From an uncultured virus (IMG/VR IMGVR_UViG_3300009378_001140) (Duplodnaviria; Heunggongvirae; Uroviricota; Caudoviricetes), in IMG/VR virus record IMGVR_UViG_3300009378_001140: DNA of 20,000 bases; one strand, 5' to 3'. The notes beneath the pieces are model-generated. The model did not search any database and was not told where the DNA came from. It worked only from the letters and a program-made list of their open reading frames with translations. Each line of letters starts with the position of its first letter. Position 1 is the stretch's first letter. Positions 9,383-15,183 of this stretch are shown here, piece by piece. A program made the position numbers and the translations under genes.

Positions 9383-9806
9383 AGTACGGCTCAAAAATGA
9401 GCTCTCCTTTTTTGCTACACCTGAAAAGATAGTCGTCAAGCTCATCAAATGTCGTACAAACCTTGATTCCACTTTGAGATAACATCAGATTGAACGGCGC
9501 GCCTTCGGGTAGCCCAGCACAGAAATACACGATCGGAGTATCTGACTGATATGCTACTCCCGCCTCAAAGATGCTACCCATATCTTTATCTCTGGTGTTG
9601 CACAGCACAAAATCATTTCCCAGTATGTGTTCAACATTACCGTCAAACGTTTCACGTTGTGTATTAAGATCAGCAGTTGGCGGGCAGATGAAAAAATCCT
9701 TTGGAGAGAAATACTCAAATGAATGTTTTGTTAACAATTCCTTTATTGTTTCTACCTCCTCATATGCAGTGGGTGTAAACCATGAGCTAGCAATATACGC
9801 CTTCAT
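9366..9806 (-). CDS. Nucleoside 2-deoxyribosyltransferase / (d)NMP N-glycosidase family protein (NDT/MilB/DNPH1 superfamily)
   Basis: YIASSWF, FSP, DMGSIFEAG (DxGxxxExG with catalytic Glu) and FNLML motifs. Coupled to the ThyX stop by TAATG; GGAG RBS. Confidence 0.85.
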   Translation of the reverse strand: MKAYIASSWFTPTAYEEVETIKELLTKHSFEYFSPKDFFICPPTADLNTQRETFDGNVEHILGNDFVLCNTRDKDMGSIFEAGVAYQSDTPIVYFCAGLPEGAPFNLMLSQSGIKVCTTFDELDDYLFRCSKKGELIFEPYYGTIE

Positions 9807-10792
9807 TATTCATTCTCCTTTATAAGATTATATTCAGCTTCAAGAGCGCTGATCTCACTCAAGATCTCGCGCCATATCTGTCTAAATTTTGTGTTTCCAG
9901 CTGACTCCTCATCAGGTGGATTCGTTCCATTGAGGTCAGATCTAAGAGCTTGATAGATCGTGTCGTTGGGGTGATACTCAACATGATCGTCGCTATCACT
10001 GTCAGGCCAGTACAGATTTGTTCCAGTTCCTGATCGAACATTCTTTACATAATGCCACGCCGGACTAGTTAGCGTTTTTGTTCCAATGACAGTGCTAGCC
10101 TCTGGTAACACCTTGATCACCTCTAACGCCATCTTCGCTGCGATCAGATTATCTGCAGCCGGCTGGATCTGCTTGTCAGCGCGCTGCTTGACAAAGCCTA
10201 TGATATCCTTGAGGTTGAACCTACCATAATAGAATGTTGACAGGCACTTAGGAAGAACTGTTCTAGCGTCCATCATAGAGATCTGCTTCGTGTCAACCAT
10301 GTCAGCGTAGAGCTGCTTTGCATCCTCAACATGACGCTTCCACCGACGATACATCTCTGGACTATTCTCAACAGATGATGGAACCAGGCATGGCTCGTGG
10401 TGAAGAAATCTGTCACCTGTACATTGAGCTGCGTACGATCCTGCCCTGTGCCTGATAAGATGTGTTACGGTTTGAAGGTCAATTCCTGCAAACTTAAACG
10501 TGAAGCTAAAGATCTCCATGGGCGTTGGTAATGCCCTGAAATTTAGCACATCTTCTAGGTTCTCGCTTAACTCATGTCTTGTAGCGCTGTCTGGATCTGA
10601 CATCTCTGGGCTATCTGCCCACGTCGCCTTGACATATCTCCACGCTGTATCTCTCATCTGCTCAGCGGTCGGGTGGTCAACAAGCTCAATTTGAAGAGCA
10701 TCGAGATCATTTAAAAATTCTGTTGTTGGATCCTCATTGAATCTCAGGGACATCGGTAGGGTTACGGGGTCAAGATCTTTATTTTGCGGCAC
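9806..10792 (-). CDS. Divergent flavin-dependent thymidylate synthase (ThyX-like)
   Basis: TPME-x-x-x-FTF, HLIRHRAGSY, DARTVLP, FNL...F...R-A-D-x-x-x-Q. Several canonical residues are altered (see findings). Confidence 0.8.
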   Translation of the reverse strand: MPQNKDLDPVTLPMSLRFNEDPTTEFLNDLDALQIELVDHPTAEQMRDTAWRYVKATWADSPEMSDPDSATRHELSENLEDVLNFRALPTPMEIFSFTFKFAGIDLQTVTHLIRHRAGSYAAQCTGDRFLHHEPCLVPSSVENSPEMYRRWKRHVEDAKQLYADMVDTKQISMMDARTVLPKCLSTFYYGRFNLKDIIGFVKQRADKQIQPAADNLIAAKMALEVIKVLPEASTVIGTKTLTSPAWHYVKNVRSGTGTNLYWPDSDSDDHVEYHPNDTIYQALRSDLNGTNPPDEESAGNTKFRQIWREILSEISALEAEYNLIKENE

Positions 10793-10793
10793 T

Positions 10794-11765
10794 TCATCTT
10801 TCCTTTTTTGTTAAGCTGTGCACTAGATCATATACCGAATTAACATCCGTGTACATGGTGACATCTGAAACTTTTTTAAGCTCCTGATTATATGACATCT
10901 CAGGTGATAAAACCTTAACGCCATGCTTAGCATACTCACTCGCATGCTTGGCTGAGTCATCTATCGCACACACAACACCGTCAGCATCGTAGAAATCCTT
11001 CTGAACAAGCCATCTAAACTTTTCTGGTGAAAAATCAAGGTGATGAAACTTTAATCCTGCGTGCTCAAGCCAGAAATATGTGTCATAGAGACAAAGAAGG
11101 TTATCGCTTGGCCTCGCTGTGATGATCTGAATCCAGTACCCTTCGTCATGTAACCTGTTCAAGACATCTATCATCTCACGATTTCTTGTGATGTGACGTA
11201 GCTTTCTCTCCTCAATGAACTCCTGAAACACCGCCTCTGGAAGAAGACCCGCTGCCTTTACCTCCTTTGAGGAGTAATATTCTGTTGAGTCATCAGGAAC
11301 GATCACACCCTTTCTTTCCTTTAGCCACTTTGTGAAATACCCTCTAAACTCATTTAACACATCGTCCATGTCAACGAGAAGGACAGGTTGACCATCCCAC
11401 TTATTCTTTTCCATCCTGTGGCGGGCGTGTAAGTAAAGATCCTTGTCCCAAAATGCGCCAATGAAGTCAGAGGGTTCAAACTCCCACATGTTCATCATTG
11501 CAAGAAGATATCGAAATGCGTCGACTGACTTATAGAGGATCTTGACCTTGTCGATGTCATGCTTGACCAATCGATGATCTTTAAAATTAACAGATGTCGC
11601 AAGCCCTGTCGCCTCTGCGTGAATCGCAAGGGCAAATGACTTGGTCATCTCCTCCTTCTGTCGATCGCTCATCTCATTCTTGTCAAAAAACAGAGATGAA
11701 AACTCATCCTGTCGATTAAACATCTTAAGAAATGTCGTGCTATGCTTTGTGTCGTCACTGCTCAT
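10794..11765 (-). CDS. Fusion: degenerate all-alpha NTP-pyrophosphatase domain + HAD 5'(3')-deoxyribonucleotidase-like domain
   Basis: N-terminus RQDEF...ALAIHAEATGL...FKDHR...SVDAFRYLL resembles dimeric dUTPase/MazG helices. C-terminus has HAD motifs LLVDMDDVL, ITARP, K, IDDS. Confidence 0.75.
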   Translation of the reverse strand: MSSDDTKHSTTFLKMFNRQDEFSSLFFDKNEMSDRQKEEMTKSFALAIHAEATGLATSVNFKDHRLVKHDIDKVKILYKSVDAFRYLLAMMNMWEFEPSDFIGAFWDKDLYLHARHRMEKNKWDGQPVLLVDMDDVLNEFRGYFTKWLKERKGVIVPDDSTEYYSSKEVKAAGLLPEAVFQEFIEERKLRHITRNREMIDVLNRLHDEGYWIQIITARPSDNLLCLYDTYFWLEHAGLKFHHLDFSPEKFRWLVQKDFYDADGVVCAIDDSAKHASEYAKHGVKVLSPEMSYNQELKKVSDVTMYTDVNSVYDLVHSLTKKER

Positions 11766-11815
11766 AATTTATTGTCCAATTGATATTTTTTCAAACGCAA
11801 ACATTGATTCAATAA

Positions 11816-11844
11816 ATTCTACACAGTTAAGGTAATTTTTACAA
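11816..11844 (-). promoter_or_regulatory. Putative sigma70-type promoter for the nucleotide-metabolism operon
   Basis: Minus strand TTGTAA-17 nt-TAGAAT in the intergenic gap. Confidence 0.5.
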
Positions 11845-11857
11845 CACTCTACGCGCT

Positions 11858-12223
11858 TTAATAGCCGCCGAGAATTCTCTTTACGTTTACCTCACCCTTT
11901 GACATGTATGTGTCAAAAAGCTCATCAGACGAGATACCTGAACAGATCACTATGCCAAAGAAATAGTGAAGCACATCACACAATTCCTCGACATAGGCCT
12001 CTCGATCAAACTCTGTCACCTCAGTCGCTCTGTGATACTTGCTATTTTTAAGAAGAATATTTGACTCAAACAGCTCACCCATACACTCATATGCTAGCAT
12101 TCTAAGAAACTGCTGTGATTTCTTTTCTGTGATTTCAAGCGGAACATCTGGGTGAGATCTATGTTCTTGCATGAGAGATATAAACTCTTCTTGCTGTTCA
12201 TACATCTTTTTTAGTCTATCCAT
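11858..12223 (-). CDS. All-alpha dNTP pyrophosphatase (dimeric dUTPase/dCTPase/MazG superfamily)
   Basis: MYEQQ, GELFES (ExxE), K-x-H-R, EELCDVLHYF (EExxD), Y-x-x-K-x-x-VN-x-x-R-x-x-x-GY C-terminus. Confidence 0.85.
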   Translation of the reverse strand: MDRLKKMYEQQEEFISLMQEHRSHPDVPLEITEKKSQQFLRMLAYECMGELFESNILLKNSKYHRATEVTEFDREAYVEELCDVLHYFFGIVICSGISSDELFDTYMSKGEVNVKRILGGY

Positions 12224-12225
12224 TT

Positions 12226-12462
12226 TTACGTCATCTCAGATGGGTTATTAAGACTGCTGATGTCAGACATAAGCTTTTCAACATGCTCCTCGCCAAGAGA
12301 TCTATACTCAGGTGTTAAAGTTAAAATAGACTCATCATCATCTGACGCTGTAACACGTATCATTCTAAGATTGTCAACGACGTCAGTTCCAGTTATGATT
12401 GCTAGCTGTACAAGTCTAGCTACCTGTGCAACAACCTCATCAGAAAGTTTAAATTCAGACAT
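12226..12462 (-). CDS. Hypothetical protein (78 aa)
   Basis: AGGAG RBS, ATG start, tightly packed against the next gene; no recognisable family. Confidence 0.75.
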   Translation of the reverse strand: MSEFKLSDEVVAQVARLVQLAIITGTDVVDNLRMIRVTASDDDESILTLTPEYRSLGEEHVEKLMSDISSLNNPSEMT

Positions 12463-12564
12463 TACTACTCCTAATCCATAAGCTTACATTGATATCATGA
12501 TATTTTTAAGCTTCTATATAAAACTATCATCATAATATTGTATGTTATAGTAAAGGCATGTTCA

Positions 12565-13224
12565 ATGAAAAGAGTTATCATTTCAGACACTCACATCGGA
12601 AGTAATTTCTATAAATCTGACATCCTCTTAGAATTTCTAAAAAATGAGACATACGATCAGTTAATTCTTGCCGGTGATATCATTGACTTTTTAAAGATTC
12701 CCATGTTTACAGAAAGGTGCATGGAGATTCTAAAGGTAATCAGTTGCAGCAGAGACATCATCTATATCGTTGGTAATCACGACGAGAGCTTTGTCAAGCT
12801 CGCAGGCAAGAATCTTCTTGGGATTAACTTTGTCAAAAAATACGAATTTTCTGAGGGTGGGAGGAAGTTTAGAATAGAGCATGGCGATGAGTATGACAAA
12901 GGTGTCATTCATAATAGGATCTTTGTCAAGCTTCTCTCTGTCATCCAAAACATACTAGAGATCGCATTTAGCTTTGATTTCACGTCATGGTGGACAGAGA
13001 AGCAGATCAAAAAGCACAAGCTACGAAGCGTGATCCACATTCTTAGGCACAATGACGACATTGACGTTTTTATCATGGGTCACACTCACAATCCTGAGGC
13101 GTTGATATGGATAAACGAGGATCAAAACATTAAAACATATATCAACGCCGGTGATTGGGTCACACACCAGACATATGTTACAATTTGTGACGGTGTCGCA
13201 CGATTACAAAAATTCAATAAATAG
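12565..13224 (+). CDS. Calcineurin-like metallophosphoesterase, LpxH/YbbF-like
   Basis: ISDTHIG, LAGDIID, VGNHD, EHGD, MGHTH, NAGDW. ATG 12565 is preferred over the track TTG start at 12538. Confidence 0.88.
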   Translation: MKRVIISDTHIGSNFYKSDILLEFLKNETYDQLILAGDIIDFLKIPMFTERCMEILKVISCSRDIIYIVGNHDESFVKLAGKNLLGINFVKKYEFSEGGRKFRIEHGDEYDKGVIHNRIFVKLLSVIQNILEIAFSFDFTSWWTEKQIKKHKLRSVIHILRHNDDIDVFIMGHTHNPEALIWINEDQNIKTYINAGDWVTHQTYVTICDGVARLQKFNK

Positions 13225-13636
13225 ATTTCAAAAAATTGTGATAATTTATCAATGCGCCATCTTTTGGTTTCACATCCTGCCACTCACCTAAGCAGAAGAT
13301 TCGATATGCATCTACGGCATACTTTCCGACTCCGTAGAGAACATCTGGACTATCCTTCCAGCTCTCATTGAGGTAACCAATAGACATCATCACCAAGGCC
13401 TTAGAACGTCTCTGGGACAGCCCTAACGGCTGTATCATCCTCTCTATCTCTACGGGATCTGTCGCTGCAGCTGTCTCAGGATCAGGATATCGCTCGAAAA
13501 ACTTCCACATGTAAGGTTCAGAGTCAACTCGTCTAGTTAGGTTGCAGAAGATACAAGCGACAAATATCTTCCACGGGTCATGCCACAGTTGTTCCTGAAT
13601 TAGATTATACGGTGACTTCGGCGGGGACCAGTACAT
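13214..13636 (-). CDS. Stand-alone MBD4-like HhH-GPD DNA glycosylase (G:T/G:U mismatch type)
   Basis: WSPPKSPYNLIQEQLWHDPWK, PLGL, GVGKYAVDAYRIFC, WQDVKPKD closely follow the MBD4 catalytic domain as recalled ([21 protein letters not shown]...GIGKYGNDSYRIFC...VHPED). Confidence 0.9.
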   Translation of the reverse strand: MYWSPPKSPYNLIQEQLWHDPWKIFVACIFCNLTRRVDSEPYMWKFFERYPDPETAAATDPVEIERMIQPLGLSQRRSKALVMMSIGYLNESWKDSPDVLYGVGKYAVDAYRIFCLGEWQDVKPKDGALINYHNFLKSIY

Positions 13637-13642
13637 GAGATG

Positions 13643-13672
13643 ATTATAGCATGCAAGATAGGATTTTTACAC
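13643..13672 (-). promoter_or_regulatory. Putative promoter giving a leaderless transcript of the MBD4-like gene
   Basis: GTGTAA-18 nt-TATAAT (extended TGC TATAAT), then only 6 nt (CATCTC) before ATG 13636; no SD sequence. Confidence 0.55.
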
Positions 13673-13675
13673 ATT

Positions 13676-14386
13676 CTATTCTTCTTCATCTGGCCTATTA
13701 TTCCACCCTCTTATGTTCGCAAATATGTTCATTATGTCTGACTTTACATCATCGTCTGCATGTGTCCATTGCCATATGGCACTGCTCTTTATTTCTAATA
13801 TCTTTTTCTCGAGAGCTGTTATCTCATCCCTAAGAAATAAAATGAACTCATCATCATCAACTGTAAAGTCAACACCAAGATCACCAGCAGACTCTAAGAG
13901 ATTTATATAGTTATCACTTTTATATGACTCAGCAGCTTTTTTATAAATACCAATTAACTTTTCCTTAAGCGTCTTATCTAGCGACTGCGGCACCTTGTCA
14001 GGATGTGTCATTAGTGCTATTTTTCTAAATATTTTTTTTACCCACGGAGGTTTCTCCACGATGTCGTTTTCATAAAATTTATCAGCATCCGTGTGATTTA
14101 TGTCATCTAGATCACCACTATCATCAGACTGTGACACCTCTATGTCTCTATCGTCATTTAAAAACTCATTGCTGACCTCGTCGTCTTCTATACCCAGCTT
14201 GTCTTTTTTCTCAACAGCGCTATTAAAGAATTCAATCTTTGCCTCATCATATATTTGCTGACACTCGTCAAGCTCAGCCTTGAGATATCGAATCTTAAGA
14301 GTTAGCTTATTAACTTTTGAGCTGTTATTCACCTTTGTCTTATCACAGGTCACGACGTCTAAACGCCGCAACAACATCTCTAACAA
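13676..14386 (-). CDS. Class C J-domain protein (coiled coil, acidic linker, internal HPD J-domain)
   Basis: VKKIFRKIALMTHPDKV J-domain helix II/HPD motif in mid-protein. The start is uncertain (14386, 14377 or 14353). Confidence 0.75.
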   Translation of the reverse strand: MLEMLLRRLDVVTCDKTKVNNSSKVNKLTLKIRYLKAELDECQQIYDEAKIEFFNSAVEKKDKLGIEDDEVSNEFLNDDRDIEVSQSDDSGDLDDINHTDADKFYENDIVEKPPWVKKIFRKIALMTHPDKVPQSLDKTLKEKLIGIYKKAAESYKSDNYINLLESAGDLGVDFTVDDDEFILFLRDEITALEKKILEIKSSAIWQWTHADDDVKSDIMNIFANIRGWNNRPDEEE

Positions 14387-14576
14387 TAAGAAACGGCCAT
14401 AACGCTGATAGCTTTACTCTATCTTTATGGTAATCCTGCATCTTTTTAAAGATCATCTTAAACTCTTTTGATCGTGAAGCCTCACAAGCATGTCTAAATG
14501 ACAAAAAAGAAGAAAGGTGTAGCAATAAATAAAATAAGAAAATTTTAAAATACGTTAAAAACATAGGTATCATCAT
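14343..14576 (-). CDS. Small hypothetical membrane protein
   Basis: Hydrophobic N-terminal stretch (FLTYFKIFLFYLLLHLSSFLSF) and LWPFLIV; packed between its neighbours. Confidence 0.55.
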   Translation of the reverse strand: MMIPMFLTYFKIFLFYLLLHLSSFLSFRHACEASRSKEFKMIFKKMQDYHKDRVKLSALWPFLIVRDVVAAFRRRDL

Positions 14577-14577
14577 C

Positions 14578-15087
14578 TTATAACTCCTCCTCTAAATAAT
14601 CCTTAAACATCCTTATGTCTCTCACTCTTTCAGGTCTTTGATCTGGAGTTCGTCTCTTTTCTATATCCTCAAGAGCCTCCCCGCGCTTAACTCTTCCGTC
14701 TATTCTCTTAAGAGTTTCTAAATCACCTTTCTTTTCATCTATGTGCTCGTCAATTGTCTGAATGTATATCTTAAAACCCTCTAACATCCCTTCTTTCCTT
14801 ATGATTTTCATTCGTTCATTTATGACATATTCATTAGAAAATTTATTTATCTGTATAAGTGCGGCGATAGCAATAGAGCACTTCTTGTCAATTGACTCCT
14901 GAGCATTTATCTCACCTTCAAGACTCTTTATAAACTCTGATATCTGTGAGCACGGTTTTTCAGCGCCAGGCAACAACTTTTTATCATTTTCTAAGTTTTT
15001 TTCTATCTTTTTAGAATTTTCATCTAAGCTTGACCTGATGTTGATAAGAGCATCGATCTCTCCGTTAATTTTTAAAAAATCTGGCAT
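14578..15087 (-). CDS. Hypothetical helical/coiled-coil protein (169 aa)
   Basis: GGGAG RBS before ATG; K/E/I-rich; no family recognised. Confidence 0.7.
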   Translation of the reverse strand: MPDFLKINGEIDALINIRSSLDENSKKIEKNLENDKKLLPGAEKPCSQISEFIKSLEGEINAQESIDKKCSIAIAALIQINKFSNEYVINERMKIIRKEGMLEGFKIYIQTIDEHIDEKKGDLETLKRIDGRVKRGEALEDIEKRRTPDQRPERVRDIRMFKDYLEEEL

Positions 15088-15110
15088 ATGACTCCCGACA
15101 TGTTAGACAA

Positions 15111-15150
15111 TTATAAATAAATCGACCCTGGGAATAAATCCCAGGGTCGA
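15111..15150 (-). terminator. Rho-independent terminator after the 996-aa fibre-like gene
   Basis: Perfect 12-bp stem TCGACCCTGGGA (15122-15133) / TCCCAGGGTCGA (15139-15150) with a 5-nt loop, followed on the minus strand by TTTATTTAT. Confidence 0.85.
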
Positions 15151-15183
15151 AGACTTTAGCAAAAAACTAAAATCAATTATATA

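Noticed and set aside
617..9806. Mildiomycin/blasticidin-like nucleoside antibiotic cluster (MilA-like + MilB-like + NDP-sugar enzyme)
   Set aside because: No cytosylglucuronate synthase, radical SAM, aminotransferase, ligase or exporter; the context is replication and virion genes.
15112..15119. T4 late promoter consensus TATAAATA on the plus strand
   Set aside because: It points antisense to all nearby genes and coincides with the terminator U-tract.
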